DNA of 63,575 bases, the filler included. It is 6 parts of 6 records of this genome, joined end to end, with 100 filler letters (N's around TTAATTAATTAA, not from the genome) between each part and the next. Parts side by side here need not be neighbours in the genome. Positions count along the whole stretch, not along the records: positions 7,366 to 31,416 come from DRR378314_1055; 5 more parts are not named here. One strand, given 5' to 3'. Below the pieces are notes generated by a model. It saw only the letters and a list, made by a program, of their open reading frames with translations. It had not been told where the DNA came from and searched no databases. A program made the translations under genes and the position numbers. Positions within the stretch are counted from its first letter, which is position 1. Every line of letters begins with the position of its first letter. Shown piece after piece: positions 13,469 through 25,633 of the stretch.

Positions 13469-13773
13469 AATCTCTTTAGAAGGGTGCCCTTGATTTGTCG
13501 ACAATCTCTCATGCGATTAAAATGCAGCGCTGGTATACTTTGAGGCTAATCTGTCAAAGGCAGTTCTTGAAAAGCCGCCTTTGAATCGCGTTTATGTCGT
13601 GCTGGAGTTGTCGTAATTTCCACTGAAATAACCACCGTAAAAACCACCGATTGATAACCGGGAAAGCCAAATTAAATGGCCCCGCCTGCTTCGCGGCATG
13701 GTCTCTCGTTGAAGAAGTCGCGTCGCTCAGGATCTCTATAATCACAGCGATAGAAAAAAGAGGTTAACGCAAA

Positions 13774-16011
13774 ATGTCTAAAACGCCGAAGATCATTTAC
13801 ACGCTCACCGACGAAGCGCCTGCGCTCGCGACATACTCTTTGCTACCGATTATTGACGCTTTCACCGACGCTGCGGGTATCGAGGTGGAAACCCGGGATA
13901 TTTCCCTGGCGGCTCGCGTTCTCTCTTTATTTCCCGACTACTTGACTGAAGAGCAGCGTATCGAAGACCACCTGGCCGAATTAGGTGCGCTGGCTAAGGT
14001 TCCTGAAGCCAATATCATCAAATTACCGAATATCAGTGCTTCTATGCCGCAGCTACGGGCGGTGATCAAAGAGCTGCAAGAACAAGGTTACAAGCTGCCC
14101 GAGTATCCGGATGACCCAAGCAGCGATGAAGAGAAAGATATCAAAGCGCGCTATGACAAAGTGAAAGGCAGCGCAGTTAACCCCGTATTACGTGAAGGTA
14201 ACTCTGATCGCCGCGCACCGAAGGCCGTGAAAGAGTACGCCCGCAAGTACCCGCATTCTATGGGGGAGTGGAGCCAGGCGTCGCGTACCCATGTTTCGCA
14301 CATGCATAGTGGCGACTTCTACCACGGTGAGAAGTCGATGACCCTGGATCGCGCCCGCAACGTCAAGATGGAGCTGATCACTGCCAGCGGTGAAACCAAG
14401 GTGCTCAAGCCTCGGGTCGAGCTGCTGGAAGGCGAAATCATTGACAGCATGTTTATGAGCAAGAAAGCGCTGCTGGAGTTTTACGAGCGTGAAATCGAGG
14501 ATGCGCGTAAGACCGGTGTGATGTTCTCATTACACGTAAAAGCGACGATGATGAAGGTCTCGCACCCCATCGTGTTCGGGCACTGCGTCAAAATTTTCTA
14601 CAAGGACGCTTTTGAGAAGCACGGTGAGCTCTTCAAAGAGTTGGGTGTCGATGTTAACAACGGCATCGCTAACCTCTACGATAAAATTGCGACCTTGCCA
14701 GAATCTCAGCGTGATGAAGTCATTAGTGACCTGCATGCGTGCCATGACAAGCGCCCAGAGCTTGCAATGGTTGATTCGGCTCGCGGCATCACCAACTTCC
14801 ACTCACCCAGCGATGTGATTGTCGATGCTTCGATGCCGGCGATGATTCGCGCTGGCGGTAAGATGTACGGTGCTGATGGTCGTCTCAAGGACGTCAAAGC
14901 CGTTATGCCTGAGTCGACGTTCGCGCGTATTTATCAGGAGATGATCAACTTCTGTAAATGGCACGGCGCGTTTGATCCGGCCACAATGGGTACCGTTCCC
15001 AATGTTGGTTTGATGGCGCAAAAAGCCGAAGAGTATGGCTCTCACGATAAGACCTTCGAGGTGTCGGCAGATGGTGTTGCCAACATCACTGATCTGGACA
15101 CGGGTGAAGTACTGCTGTCACAGACAGTGGAGCAGGGCGATATCTGGCGTATGTGCCAGGTTAAAGATGCGCCGATTCGCGACTGGGTGAAATTGGCGGT
15201 TGAGCGCTGCCGTGATTCTGGTATGCCGACGGTGTTCTGGCTTGATCCTTACCGTCCGCACGAGAATGAGCTAATCAAAAAGGTCAAAACGTACCTCAAA
15301 GATCACGATACTGATGGCCTCGAAATTCATATCATGTCTCAGGTTCGGGCGATGCGTTACACCCTTGAGCGCGTGATTCGTGGTCTCGATACGATCTCGG
15401 TGACGGGCAACATTCTCCGCGATTACCTGACAGACCTATTCCCGATTCTTGAGTTGGGCACTAGTGCCAAAATGCTTTCTATCGTGCCGTTGATGGATGG
15501 CGGCGGCCTGTTTGAAACGGGTGCCGGTGGTTCCGCACCTAAGCACGTTCAGCAACTGCTTGAAGAGAACCACCTACGCTGGGACAGCCTTGGCGAGTTC
15601 CTGGCACTGGTTGCTTCTTTGGAACACCTTGCCAAACGTTTTGGCAATGACCGTGCTAAGTTGCTGGCGAAAGCGTTGGATGAAGCTAACGGCAAGTTCC
15701 TTGAGAGCAATAAATCACCTTCGCGCAAAGTGGGTGAGCTTGATAACCGAGGAAGCCACTTCTATCTAGCGCTCTATTGGGCAGAAGCACTAGCAGCTCA
15801 GGATGAAGACGCTGAACTAAAAACACGCTTTGCCCGTTTGGTAGAAACGCTGAAAGCCAATGAAGCTACGATCATTGACGAACTGAATGGCGTGCAAGGC
15901 CAGCCTGTTGACCTTAAAGGCTATTACCACCCGAATGGGGAAGTAGCTAGTCAAGTCATGCGCCCGAGTAAGACGCTCAACGAAGCTCTTGCAATGGTCG
16001 CAAACGGTTAA
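13774..16011 (+). CDS. icd: Monomeric NADP-dependent isocitrate dehydrogenase
   Basis: 745 aa; [57 protein letters not shown]. Confidence 0.96.
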   Translation: MSKTPKIIYTLTDEAPALATYSLLPIIDAFTDAAGIEVETRDISLAARVLSLFPDYLTEEQRIEDHLAELGALAKVPEANIIKLPNISASMPQLRAVIKELQEQGYKLPEYPDDPSSDEEKDIKARYDKVKGSAVNPVLREGNSDRRAPKAVKEYARKYPHSMGEWSQASRTHVSHMHSGDFYHGEKSMTLDRARNVKMELITASGETKVLKPRVELLEGEIIDSMFMSKKALLEFYEREIEDARKTGVMFSLHVKATMMKVSHPIVFGHCVKIFYKDAFEKHGELFKELGVDVNNGIANLYDKIATLPESQRDEVISDLHACHDKRPELAMVDSARGITNFHSPSDVIVDASMPAMIRAGGKMYGADGRLKDVKAVMPESTFARIYQEMINFCKWHGAFDPATMGTVPNVGLMAQKAEEYGSHDKTFEVSADGVANITDLDTGEVLLSQTVEQGDIWRMCQVKDAPIRDWVKLAVERCRDSGMPTVFWLDPYRPHENELIKKVKTYLKDHDTDGLEIHIMSQVRAMRYTLERVIRGLDTISVTGNILRDYLTDLFPILELGTSAKMLSIVPLMDGGGLFETGAGGSAPKHVQQLLEENHLRWDSLGEFLALVASLEHLAKRFGNDRAKLLAKALDEANGKFLESNKSPSRKVGELDNRGSHFYLALYWAEALAAQDEDAELKTRFARLVETLKANEATIIDELNGVQGQPVDLKGYYHPNGEVASQVMRPSKTLNEALAMVANG

Positions 16012-16072
16012 GGCTTAGATCACCAGCAGTCTGCGCTGCCGCTGGGCAATACGCATGAAAACGCTGTGATAT

Positions 16073-16104
16073 CCCTCGCCCGCTTTGGTGGGCGAGGGTT
16101 TTTT
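16073..16104 (+). terminator. Rho-independent terminator of icd
   Basis: Stem CCCTCGCCCGC / GTGGGCGAGGG followed by TTTTTT. Confidence 0.8.
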
Positions 16105-16342
16105 GTCTTATTTAGTATGCTAATTTTTGTATTTTCCATGAACCCTTGCTGGTAACGGGCGTCTTACTTTGGAGAGCAAAATCAGAGTGATCAAATCTAG
16201 CGCAGTTAATGTTAGTGCATTTCAAGCTAGGATGGATGATTCAAGCGCCGTAAGACACCACTTGCCAGCTAAGAGACGATAACCCTTGCTGCTTATGCCT
16301 ACTACAGACAGCCTATGCGTCATGGCTATCCTGCACGCAGGA

Positions 16343-16666
16343 ATGACTCGGCCAGATGCGCCTGAATATGATGATGACCTAGCCGTTCAGCCGGCTGAGC
16401 CAGAGCTTGCTCGGCCGCCGTTGTACAAAGTGATACTTCACAATGATGATTTCACACCGATGGAGTTCGTTGTTGAGGTATTACAGGAATTTTTTAATAT
16501 GGATAGTGAGCAAGCGGTCCAGGTCATGCTTGCGGTGCATACCCAAGGTAAAGCGACGTGCGGTATCTTTACGCGGGATATTGCAGAAACGAAAAGTTAC
16601 CAAGTCAATGAATATGCCCGCGAATGCGAGCATCCTTTAATGTGTGATATCGAAGCTGCTGACTGA
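16343..16666 (+). CDS. clpS: ATP-dependent Clp protease adaptor ClpS (start may instead be ATG 16322)
   Basis: [23 protein letters not shown]...[23 protein letters not shown]...HPL. Confidence 0.95.
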   Translation: MTRPDAPEYDDDLAVQPAEPELARPPLYKVILHNDDFTPMEFVVEVLQEFFNMDSEQAVQVMLAVHTQGKATCGIFTRDIAETKSYQVNEYARECEHPLMCDIEAAD

Positions 16667-16693
16667 AAGCGTTGAAAAAAATTAGCGATGGGC

Positions 16694-16722
16694 CTTGCAA
16701 GTGCGCCATTTGTACCCGATGT
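16694..16722 (+). promoter_or_regulatory. Possible sigma32-type promoter for clpA
   Basis: CTTGCA-N15-CCCGATGT compared with the consensus CTTGAA-N13-17-CCCCATNT; one mismatch in each box. Confidence 0.35.
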
Positions 16723-16804
16723 TGAAAGTGCCGGTCGATTAAACTGATCCGACGCAAGCCCTAGGTGGCGACACGCCCTAGGTAGTAGCGAAAAGGGGAC
16801 TGCC

Positions 16805-19081
16805 ATGCTGAGCAAAGAACTTGAACTTACCCTGAACACGGCCTTCACCGTGGCTCGCTCAAAGCGCCACGAGTTTATGACCGTTGAGCACCTGCTCCTG
16901 GCGTTGTTGGATAATGCGTCAGCAGTTGACGTGCTAAAGGCGTGTGGGGCGAATCTCGATAAGCTGCGGTCCGATCTGCAGGATTTTATTAATTCGACCA
17001 CGCCATTGATTCCTGAGAGTCAGGCGGATCGCGAAACCCAGCCTACCCTTGGGTTTCAGCGCGTACTGCAACGTGCTGTATTTCATGTGCAGTCATCTGG
17101 AAAGAGTGAAGTGACTGGCGCTAATGTGCTGGTCGCTATTTTCTCTGAGCAGGAAAGCCAAGCCGTTTACTTCCTCAAGCAACAAAGCGTTGCGCGCGTA
17201 GACGCTGTTAACTATATCGCTCACGGTATTTCGAAGGTGGCTGGCCATGGGCCTGCTCCATCGCCGTCTTCTCAAGAGAGTGAAGATGCTGAAGAGGGTA
17301 GTTCTGAAGGAGCTGCGCATCCGTTAACCGGTTACGCTACCAACCTGAATGAGCAGGCGCGCCAAGGCAAAATAGATCCATTGATTGGGCGCGACCATGA
17401 ACTTGAGCGTGTGGTGCAAATCCTTGCCCGCCGGCGCAAGAATAACCCGTTACTGGTTGGCGAGGCGGGTGTTGGTAAAACCGCTATCGCAGAAGGCCTA
17501 GCAAAGCGCATTGTTGAAGAAGACGTGCCGGATGTGATTGCCGATGCAGTGGTTTACTCGCTTGATATGGGAGCGTTGTTAGCGGGTACTAAATACCGCG
17601 GTGATTTCGAGAAGCGCCTTAAAAGCTTGCTTAGTGAATTACGCAAGCAGCCTAACGCCGTGCTCTTTATTGACGAGATTCATACCGTAATAGGGGCGGG
17701 TGCTGCCTCGGGTGGCGTAATGGATGCATCTAACTTGCTGAAGCCCTTGCTTTCCTCCGGTGAGTTGCGGTGTATCGGTTCGACAACGTTCCAAGAGTTC
17801 CGCGGTATTTTTGAGAAAGATCGTGCCCTGGCTCGCCGGTTCCAAAAAGTGGATGTGCTAGCACCTTCTGTGGATGACACCATCAAGATCCTCAAGGGGT
17901 TACGTTCGCGCTTTGAAGAGCACCATGAAATTAAGTACACCGATGGCGCGCTAGAGAGTGCCGCTCGTTTGGCTGATCGCTATATCAATGACCGTTACCT
18001 ACCCGATAAAGCCATCGATGTGATTGATGAGGCAGGCGCGCATCAGCGTATGCTGCCGCCGGAAGTGCGGACTGACACCATTGATGTTGAGCAGGTAGAA
18101 GCGGTAGTGGCGTCTATTGCGCGCATTCCGCCAAAGAGTGTGTCTAGTTCTGATCGTAAGTTGCTAGAGAAGCTCGACCGCGACTTGAAAATGTTGGTGT
18201 TCGGTCAAGATGAGGCCATCGATACTCTCTCCGCTGCCATCAAGCTTTCCCGTGCCGGTTTGAAATCACCAGATAAGCCAGTAGGTAGTTTCTTGTTTGC
18301 TGGCCCAACCGGTGTTGGTAAAACCGAAGTGGCTAAGCAGTTGGCGCATATCATGGGTATCGAACTAGTACGCTTTGATATGTCGGAGTACATGGAGCGT
18401 CATACTGTTTCACGCTTGATTGGTGCCCCACCAGGCTATGTCGGCTATGACCAAGGGGGGCTGTTAACTGAGGCCGTCACCAAGCAGCCGCATTGTGTAT
18501 TGCTGCTAGATGAAATTGAGAAGGCGCACCCTGAAGTGTTTAACCTGCTGCTGCAGGTTATGGATCACGGCCGTTTGACAGACAACAATGGCCGCGAGGC
18601 GGATTTCCGTCACGTTATCCTGATCATGACCTCGAACGCAGGGGCAGAGCAGGCATCACGGCGCTCTATCGGCTTCCAAAGCCAAGACCACTCTACCGAC
18701 GCGATGGAAGTGATTCGCCGCACCTTCTCGCCTGAGTTCCGCAACCGCTTGGATGGCATTATCCAGTTCCATGCGCTGCAGACGTCTGTTGTGCGTAACG
18801 TAGTCGATAAGTTCCTGATCGAGCTACAAGCGCAGCTGGACGAAAAGCGTGTGCAGCTTGAAGTGGATGATACCGCGAGAGACTGGTTGGCAGAGAAGGG
18901 CTACGATCCCGATATGGGTGCGCGCCCAATGGCCCGTTTGATCCAAGAGAAACTGAAAAAGCCGTTGGCCGAGATGATTCTGTTTGGCGAGCTGGCTGAT
19001 CAAGGCGGCATTGTGCACGTTAGCCTCGAAGAGGGAGAGCTGCATTTGTCGACGGAGTCGGAGATGGCGGATGCGCCCTGA
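16805..19081 (+). CDS. clpA: ATP-dependent Clp protease ATP-binding subunit ClpA
   Basis: [14 protein letters not shown] and two Walker A motifs ([16 protein letters not shown]); 758 aa, downstream of clpS. Confidence 0.97.
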   Translation: MLSKELELTLNTAFTVARSKRHEFMTVEHLLLALLDNASAVDVLKACGANLDKLRSDLQDFINSTTPLIPESQADRETQPTLGFQRVLQRAVFHVQSSGKSEVTGANVLVAIFSEQESQAVYFLKQQSVARVDAVNYIAHGISKVAGHGPAPSPSSQESEDAEEGSSEGAAHPLTGYATNLNEQARQGKIDPLIGRDHELERVVQILARRRKNNPLLVGEAGVGKTAIAEGLAKRIVEEDVPDVIADAVVYSLDMGALLAGTKYRGDFEKRLKSLLSELRKQPNAVLFIDEIHTVIGAGAASGGVMDASNLLKPLLSSGELRCIGSTTFQEFRGIFEKDRALARRFQKVDVLAPSVDDTIKILKGLRSRFEEHHEIKYTDGALESAARLADRYINDRYLPDKAIDVIDEAGAHQRMLPPEVRTDTIDVEQVEAVVASIARIPPKSVSSSDRKLLEKLDRDLKMLVFGQDEAIDTLSAAIKLSRAGLKSPDKPVGSFLFAGPTGVGKTEVAKQLAHIMGIELVRFDMSEYMERHTVSRLIGAPPGYVGYDQGGLLTEAVTKQPHCVLLLDEIEKAHPEVFNLLLQVMDHGRLTDNNGREADFRHVILIMTSNAGAEQASRRSIGFQSQDHSTDAMEVIRRTFSPEFRNRLDGIIQFHALQTSVVRNVVDKFLIELQAQLDEKRVQLEVDDTARDWLAEKGYDPDMGARPMARLIQEKLKKPLAEMILFGELADQGGIVHVSLEEGELHLSTESEMADAP

Positions 19082-19131
19082 AAAAGGGCGCTAAGTCTAC
19101 ATTAAGCCCTTATCTCATGCCTCACTAAAGC

Positions 19132-19166
19132 ACAGCGCCCTGTCATCCGACGGGGCGTTGTCGTTT
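19132..19166. terminator. Hairpin, probable terminator between convergent clpA and infA
   Basis: Stem ACAGCGCCCTGTC / GACGGGGCGTTGT (with G-U pairs). Confidence 0.6.
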
Positions 19167-19253
19167 GCAGAGAGCGGCGCCGTACTTACGCTATATTTTC
19201 AGTCAGGATGCGTGCATGCGCGGGCAGTATTTGCTTGTAGGCGTTACCAAGGC

Positions 19254-19472
19254 TTAGCGCGAGCGATAAACAATACGGCCTTTTGACAGATCGTAGGGCG
19301 TCAGCTCTACTTTTACCTTGTCACCTGTCAGGATACGGATGTAGTTTTTGCGCATCTTGCCTGAAATATGAGCGGTAACGACGTGGCCGTTTTCCAGCTC
19401 AACACGGAACATGGTGTTGGGAAGGGTATCAACAATAACGCCTTCCATTTCAATATGATCTTCGCGTGCCAT
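19254..19472 (-). CDS. infA: Translation initiation factor IF-1
   Basis: [48 protein letters not shown]. Confidence 0.98.
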   Translation of the reverse strand: MAREDHIEMEGVIVDTLPNTMFRVELENGHVVTAHISGKMRKNYIRILTGDKVKVELTPYDLSKGRIVYRSR

Positions 19473-19611
19473 ATAGGCAGATCCTCACTTATTTAACGTA
19501 ATGGTTTGGTCTAATTAGTCACTTCAATGGGCGTCGTCAGGTGACGGTTACCCAGCAAGCAGCGCTATATTGTGCCGTAAGCCTGCCATCAAGGCAAAAA
19601 AGCTGGCAAGT

Positions 19612-20346
19612 TTAGCAAATTAAAGGCCGCCAATGTCGCCCGTCGAGCACCTCTATTGGGGTGAACGCGCGTTTGTAACGCATCTTACGACACTCCTCAA
19701 TCCAATACCCAAGATACAAGTGGGGGAGAGACTTTTCACCACACAGCTCAATAAGTTTGAGAATAGCAAACGTTCCCAGTGATCGCTTTTCCAAGGCCTT
19801 GTCGACACTGAAAAACGTGTAAATAGCCGATAGCCCATGCTCAAGTTGATCAAATGCCGCGACCGCGACGAGCTTCCCATCCAGGTGCATTTCTAAAAGG
19901 TGTGCATAGGGTTCTTCAAGCGTTAAAAAGGTACGATACTGCTCTCGGCTTGGCGGATACATGTCACCATCGGCGTGGCGTAAGCGGATATAGTCTGCAT
20001 AAAGTGCATAATGCTCTGCCTCATAGCGTGCAGGCACTACCCGTGTAGCAATATCGGCATTAATACGCCGGAGTTTGCGTTGGGTGCGATTAGCGCTAAA
20101 GTCGCTGATAGGAATGCGTACTGAGCGACAGGCATTGCAACCCTCGCAGTGAGGGCGGTATAGATGGCGACCGCTGCGACGAAAGCCGAGTAACGAAAGT
20201 GAGTCATAAACGCCGGGAACGGGAGATTCCTGGGGATCCAGAAACAGAGTGGTTGCTTCCTTGCCAGGAAGATAGCTGCAGGCATGGGGAACGGTTAGGA
20301 AGAAGCGCAAATCCCGCACAGGGCGGCGAGGAGCGTTACTACTCAC
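19612..20346 (-). CDS. bpt: Asp/Glu leucyltransferase (Bpt, ATE1-like arginyltransferase family)
   Basis: HACSYLP, GFRRSG.HLYRPHCEGCNAC, RHADGDM, GLSAIYTFF, SLGTFAIL, YLGYWI...KMRYK. Confidence 0.92.
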   Translation of the reverse strand: MSSNAPRRPVRDLRFFLTVPHACSYLPGKEATTLFLDPQESPVPGVYDSLSLLGFRRSGRHLYRPHCEGCNACRSVRIPISDFSANRTQRKLRRINADIATRVVPARYEAEHYALYADYIRLRHADGDMYPPSREQYRTFLTLEEPYAHLLEMHLDGKLVAVAAFDQLEHGLSAIYTFFSVDKALEKRSLGTFAILKLIELCGEKSLPHLYLGYWIEECRKMRYKRAFTPIEVLDGRHWRPLIC

Positions 20347-20392
20347 GGCTTGCCTCCTTGCTTAGTTTGAACATGGACTAGTTTGAATACGT

Positions 20393-21145
20393 CTACCATT
20401 CTGAACGGTGGCCTGAAGCAATGGCACCAAGCCACGGTGATCCAGGTATAGTAGGCGCTTCATTGGTCATATTCGTTAAGTTAAATGCCTCGTTAGGCAA
20501 CCACTTTTCAAGATAGTTGATGAACGTCTTACGAGCGACTGTTGTCGCACCAAGGCTCGCCAAGTGAGGTGTGTGCATCTGGCAGTCGATCAGTTTACCC
20601 TCATGGTGCTGCATAGCATGGGCTAAGTGGGCGAGGGCGATTTTAGAGGCATCGGGCACTTTCGAGAACATTGATTCACCAAAGAAAATTGGCCCCATTG
20701 CTAATCCATAAAGCCCGCCAACCAGTTGGCCATCAAGATGCACTTCAATGCTATGCGCGATGCCTAGCTCATGTAGACGTTGGTAAGCGTGACGCATATC
20801 TTGATTGATCCAGGTGCCTGGTTCCCCGAAACGTGGCGCAGCGCATGCTTTAACAATGTTTTCAAACTGTTGATCCAGAGTGACGATAAAGCCACCATGA
20901 CGCAATCGCTTAACAAGGCTACGACGTCGTTTAAACTGTGCTGGTTGCAATACCATACGTGGGTTGGGGCTCCACCACAAAATAGGTTCATCATCGCTAT
21001 ACCATGGAAAAATACCTTTTCGGTAAGCGTGGATTAACCAGTGGGGGGAGAGCTCTCCGCCTGCGGCAAGAAGGCCGTTCGGTGACTCGAGGGCAAGGTC
21101 GGTAGACGGAAAGATAGGCTGTGGCGATGAAAGCCAAGGTAGCAT
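20393..21145 (-). CDS. aat: Leucyl/phenylalanyl-tRNA-protein transferase
   Basis: GLLAAGGEL, AYRKGIFPW, ILWWSPNPR, LVGGLYG, FFGESMFS, DASKIAL. Confidence 0.96.
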   Translation of the reverse strand: MLPWLSSPQPIFPSTDLALESPNGLLAAGGELSPHWLIHAYRKGIFPWYSDDEPILWWSPNPRMVLQPAQFKRRRSLVKRLRHGGFIVTLDQQFENIVKACAAPRFGEPGTWINQDMRHAYQRLHELGIAHSIEVHLDGQLVGGLYGLAMGPIFFGESMFSKVPDASKIALAHLAHAMQHHEGKLIDCQMHTPHLASLGATTVARKTFINYLEKWLPNEAFNLTNMTNEAPTIPGSPWLGAIASGHRSEW

Positions 21146-21263
21146 TGTTTGCTCCTGTTACTGAACACTTCGATAGAAGCGCTGTGACGGCGAAAGGATG
21201 CTCGGTATGATGCAAACTCGCAAGTGGATTAAAGACACCATTGAGGTGTAAAGGGAGAATCGC

Positions 21264-24200
21264 TTGAAAGTAAATAAGGCGGTAGACAAGCGAACGCAAC
21301 GTAACTCGCGTCAACCATCATCAACGGCCTCAACTGGGCGAGTTAAAGCCGCAAAGGATAAAGCTCGTCGATTTGGTCTGCGCTTGCAGGGCTCGGCGCG
21401 CGAAGGCGTGGTCGTGGTGCTGCTTGCGCTGTGCGTATTTTTGTTATTGGCACTGTTTAGTTATGACCCTGCCGACCCAGGTTGGTCTTATCAAGGGCCG
21501 GAAACGGATGTTCATAACTGGATGGGGCCTGTTGGTGCTTGGCTTGCGGACGTGCTTTATTCGCTGCTGGGAGCAAGTGCCTTGTGGTGGCCGGGAATGT
21601 TTGGTTATGCAGCCTGGTGGCTAATGAGGTCACGCCAAGTGCGGTTTGATATCGATCCGGTAGCGATTGCTGTCCATACCGGAGGATTAGTGCTGCTTAT
21701 CTTCGGCACGACGATGTTGGGTGCACTGCATTTTTATCATCCTGACAGCATTTTGCCTTACGCCTCTGGCGGTATATTGGGCGAAGGGTTAGTGAGCACG
21801 CTAAAGCCACTTGTCAGCAGTGGTGGCGTTGGTCTTATTTCTGCTGCGCTAATCTTGATCGGTTTTCCACTGTTTAGCGGCATGTCGTGGTTACAGCTGG
21901 CTGATGAGCTTGGTCGTCGTCTGTGTAAAGTAGGCGGCTGGTTCAGCGCTCGGCGCGCTAAAGGGCGTGAGAGGCGCTCCCAGCGTGCTGCTGTGCGTGC
22001 TGCCGCGAAAGCGGCGTCTCAGAAAGTAAAAGAGAAACCACTAGCTGAATTTAAAGCGGCTAAGCCAGAGAGTGACTCGCAACGCCCAAGTCCAAAAGAG
22101 AGTAGTCACCAGCAAGCACCCGCCCAAGAAAGCAGCCGCGTACGTCGTGAGCCTAGTTTTTCAACGACGACAGATACCTCAATTCCATGGGCAGCGGCTG
22201 CATTTTCAGGTGCGTTGCCTGAGGAAGAGATGCCCAAACGTGCATCCTCAACTGCGCCTGAGCAGCCTGCTCCTGAGATGGACGTCCCTCAGGATGCTCC
22301 GCCGGTTGAGCCTAATGACCAGCCGCTTGAAACCGCAGTTGAAGAGCGGCGTGAAGCTAAAGCAGAAGTTAAAACAGAAGTGAAAACAGAGCCTAAAATA
22401 GAGCCTGTTGTGAACAACGATGTGGAAAAGGTTGCGGAACGCGCTGTAGAAGATGACGAGGAAAAATTGCCCAGCGCGCCTCGCGAGGATGCTTTTGCGG
22501 TGCGCATCAAGGATGAAAGCAGCGAGCCGACACCTTCAGTACCGCTCTCCGCGCGAGAGGCAGAGCCCACGTTCGATCGGCCATCGAGTGATGAGCTAGC
22601 CGGTGAAAAAGCGGCTTCTCATCCTGCGCCTAGTTTCCAGCCAGCAGAAACGCAGCCATTTAATTCATCGACAGACGGCGATGAAACAGAGCATCAAGCT
22701 ACGCCTCAGGCGATGCCTTATGCAGCGCATGAAATAAAACAGCATGATGCAGCTAAGCAAGGCGACGACGTTGAACGTGAGATGGCCTCTGTTTCGACGA
22801 GCATGCCTGAACCCGAGCATACGCCCGCAATCACGCCGCGAGATGAATCTTACTCTCGCCCTGTACATGCGACGACCCCTGAACCGCGTTCCGAACGGGT
22901 ACCTGAAGTCGTGCCAGAGCCAGTATGGGATGATGAGGAAGATGACCTTCCTGTCGCACGACCAGCCGTTACTGGCGTGCGCCAAGAGCCAACGCTACAT
23001 GATTCTGATGTATCCAGGACTGATGTATCCGGAACTGAGATATCCAGGGCGGAGGCACCCAGGGTTGAGGTTCCCCGAGGTGAGTCTTCTGAGACGGTGG
23101 ATTCAAATGACATGTCTGCCGACGTGGCGTCTTCTGAGGAGAAAGAAGCCGACAATGGGCCTACTCTGTGGACGGTTGAGCATCTGCAGAGCCAGCGTCC
23201 GGCGTTTGAAACTTTCGATGAGCCAGAAGGGGATGTGCCCAGTCTCCAATTACTGACGCCTCCAGAGCCGCATGAGCCTAATTACACCGACGAGCAGCTT
23301 GCTGATATGGCCGAGCTCCTGGAAGTGCGGCTGCGTGAGTATGGTGTTAAAGCGGAAGTCGTTGATACATGGCCTGGTCCTGTTATCACTCGGTTTGAAA
23401 TTAAGCCAGCGGCTGGGGTGAAGGTTTCCAAAATCAGTAACCTTGCTAAAGACCTGGCACGTTCGTTAATGGTCAAGAGTGTACGTGTGGTTGAGGTCAT
23501 TCCTGGGCGTCCAACGGTCGGCATTGAAATACCCAACCCCCATCGAGCGATGATTCGTCTGCGCGAAGTCATTGACTCTGACCGCTATCAACAGGAGAGC
23601 TCGCCACTGACCATGGCGTTGGGCCAGGACATTGGCGGCGGGCCGGTTGTCGCTAATCTAGGCAAGATGCCTCACCTTCTGGTTGCGGGTACGACGGGGT
23701 CTGGTAAGTCAGTTGGTGTAAATGCCATGCTGATTTCCATGCTGCTAAAAGCGACCCCAGATGAGCTCAAGCTGATCATGGTTGACCCAAAAATGCTGGA
23801 GCTGTCAGTTTACGATGGCATTCCGCACCTTTTGGCACCCGTGGTCACGGATATGAAAGAAGCTGCAAACAGTCTGCGTTGGTGTGTTGCGGAGATGGAA
23901 CGCCGCTACAAATTAATGGCGGCAATGGGGGTGCGTAACATTGCAGGCTTTAATGGCCGTTTAGATGAGGCTGAGAGTGCCGGCGCACAAGTTGCCGACC
24001 CGCTTTGGGAGCCGCAGCCTTGGGAAATGCATCAAACGCCGCCGATCCTTGAAAAACTGCCCTACATTGTGGTGGTGATCGACGAATTCGCCGACATGTT
24101 TATGATCGTCGGCAAGAAAGTTGAAGAACTCATTGCTCGTTTGGCGCAAAAGGCGCGTGCCGCGGGTATCCACCTGATTTTGGCTACTCAGCGCCCCTCT

Positions 24201-24731
24201 GTTGATGTGGTGACGGGGCTGATTAAGGCGAATATTCCGTCGCGAATGGCCTTCCAGGTATCGTCGCGGATTGATTCGCGTACCATTCTGGATCAGGGGG
24301 GCGCCGAAAGCCTGCTTGGCCATGGTGATATGCTTTACCTACCCGCTGGTTCAGGGCCGCCTAACCGGATTCATGGTGCTTTTGTAGACGATGACGAAGT
24401 GCACCGGGTCGTGGATGATTGGAAACGGCGTGGCGCGCCTGAGTACATTGAAGAGATTTTGTCAGGCGGTGTAACTGCCGATGCGCTGACGGGTCTTGAG
24501 GCTGAGGGTGTCGATGGCGATGATGCAGAGCAGGATGCGCTTTACGATGAGGCGGTTCAGTTCGTTACCGAAACACGCAAAGCTTCTATATCTGCCGTTC
24601 AGCGTCGCTTCAAAATCGGCTATAACCGCGCGGCACGCTTGGTGGAAGCAATGGAAGGTGCCGGTGTGGTTACCTCTATGGGGTCTAACGGTGCCCGTGA
24701 AGTGTTGGCACCGCCACCGATAGGCCACTGA
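21264..24731 (+). CDS. ftsK: DNA translocase FtsK
   Basis: N-terminal transmembrane domain, long Pro/Glu/Ser-rich linker, [30 protein letters not shown], and gamma domain [22 protein letters not shown] start. Confidence 0.96.
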   Translation: MKVNKAVDKRTQRNSRQPSSTASTGRVKAAKDKARRFGLRLQGSAREGVVVVLLALCVFLLLALFSYDPADPGWSYQGPETDVHNWMGPVGAWLADVLYSLLGASALWWPGMFGYAAWWLMRSRQVRFDIDPVAIAVHTGGLVLLIFGTTMLGALHFYHPDSILPYASGGILGEGLVSTLKPLVSSGGVGLISAALILIGFPLFSGMSWLQLADELGRRLCKVGGWFSARRAKGRERRSQRAAVRAAAKAASQKVKEKPLAEFKAAKPESDSQRPSPKESSHQQAPAQESSRVRREPSFSTTTDTSIPWAAAAFSGALPEEEMPKRASSTAPEQPAPEMDVPQDAPPVEPNDQPLETAVEERREAKAEVKTEVKTEPKIEPVVNNDVEKVAERAVEDDEEKLPSAPREDAFAVRIKDESSEPTPSVPLSAREAEPTFDRPSSDELAGEKAASHPAPSFQPAETQPFNSSTDGDETEHQATPQAMPYAAHEIKQHDAAKQGDDVEREMASVSTSMPEPEHTPAITPRDESYSRPVHATTPEPRSERVPEVVPEPVWDDEEDDLPVARPAVTGVRQEPTLHDSDVSRTDVSGTEISRAEAPRVEVPRGESSETVDSNDMSADVASSEEKEADNGPTLWTVEHLQSQRPAFETFDEPEGDVPSLQLLTPPEPHEPNYTDEQLADMAELLEVRLREYGVKAEVVDTWPGPVITRFEIKPAAGVKVSKISNLAKDLARSLMVKSVRVVEVIPGRPTVGIEIPNPHRAMIRLREVIDSDRYQQESSPLTMALGQDIGGGPVVANLGKMPHLLVAGTTGSGKSVGVNAMLISMLLKATPDELKLIMVDPKMLELSVYDGIPHLLAPVVTDMKEAANSLRWCVAEMERRYKLMAAMGVRNIAGFNGRLDEAESAGAQVADPLWEPQPWEMHQTPPILEKLPYIVVVIDEFADMFMIVGKKVEELIARLAQKARAAGIHLILATQRPSVDVVTGLIKANIPSRMAFQVSSRIDSRTILDQGGAESLLGHGDMLYLPAGSGPPNRIHGAFVDDDEVHRVVDDWKRRGAPEYIEEILSGGVTADALTGLEAEGVDGDDAEQDALYDEAVQFVTETRKASISAVQRRFKIGYNRAARLVEAMEGAGVVTSMGSNGAREVLAPPPIGH

Positions 24732-24787
24732 CTTATCTGTTAATGAGTGCCCGGCGCTTGGTTCAATAATGCAATAAGCGTGAAAGT

Positions 24788-24819
24788 CGCGCCGTAGGTG
24801 AAACCCTGCGGCGCGTTTT
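24788..24819 (+). terminator. Hairpin with T-tract between ftsK and lolA
   Basis: CGCGCCGTAGG-TGAAAC-CCTGCGGCGCG-TTTT. Confidence 0.55.
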
Positions 24820-24899
24820 GCGTCTGAGAGGCTACACGGATCGTCTTAACGCTCCTTGCCTTGTCCGCTATCCGGCAATGACTGCCTAGGGAGAAAATA

Positions 24900-25553
24900 A
24901 TGCGCGATACACATACTCGACGCTCATCAGCGTTAGCGTTAGCAGCCAGTGCGCTAGGGTTAGCCTTTGCATCGCCTATTGCGTGGGCAAACGAGGCTGC
25001 AGAGCGCCTTACTGAGCGGCTTGACCCGCTTGAGAACTATCAAGCGACGTTTGAACAGCAAATTTTGGACGGTGGTGGTGAGCGTTTACAAAGCGCGCGT
25101 GGAGAAATGTGGCTCTCGCGCCCTGGCATGCTACGTTGGGAAGTCGATGCGCCTTATACGCAAGTCGTCGTCTCGGATGGTGATGATGTTTATCTCTATG
25201 ACCCTGATCTTGAGCAAGTCACCATTCAGGCAATGGATGATCGGGTCACTCATACCCCCGCGCTGTTGCTTTCGGGCAGTGCAAGCGATTTAACTGCTAG
25301 CTATGACGTATTTCATGAGCAGCAGGACGGTGATGACGTATTTACGCTGATTCCGATCTCAGCGGATACGTTATTTGAAGAGCTGAGCATGGTCTTTGAC
25401 AATCAGACCTTAACGCAGCTGTGGATGATGGACAGTACTGGTCAGCGCACCGCGATTACGTTTAGCGACATTACTCGTAACGGTAGTATTGACCGCAGCT
25501 TATTCAATTTTGATATTCCTGAAGGTACGGATGTTATCCGCGAAGAGCTGTAA
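24900..25553 (+). CDS. lolA: Outer-membrane lipoprotein carrier protein LolA
   Basis: Signal peptide, then ATFEQ, RPGMLRWE, VSDG...YDPDLEQVT, TPALLL, FNFDIPEGTDVI. Confidence 0.95.
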   Translation: MRDTHTRRSSALALAASALGLAFASPIAWANEAAERLTERLDPLENYQATFEQQILDGGGERLQSARGEMWLSRPGMLRWEVDAPYTQVVVSDGDDVYLYDPDLEQVTIQAMDDRVTHTPALLLSGSASDLTASYDVFHEQQDGDDVFTLIPISADTLFEELSMVFDNQTLTQLWMMDSTGQRTAITFSDITRNGSIDRSLFNFDIPEGTDVIREEL

Positions 25554-25605
25554 AAAATGGTGTGAGAAGAGCAATACACTCTCGTAATAATGTCGCACGA
25601 TGACT

Positions 25606-25633
25606 AGATCAGGCACCTTAAGGTGCCTGATCT
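25606..25633. repeat. Perfect 28-bp palindrome overlapping the rarA stop codon
   Basis: AGATCAGGCACCTT-AAGGTGCCTGATCT. Confidence 0.9.

Noticed and set aside
13774-16300. Prophage integration at icd, or phage association implied by hflD
   Set aside because: There is no duplicated icd 3' end, integrase or phage gene, and hflD is a core chromosomal gene at this locus.
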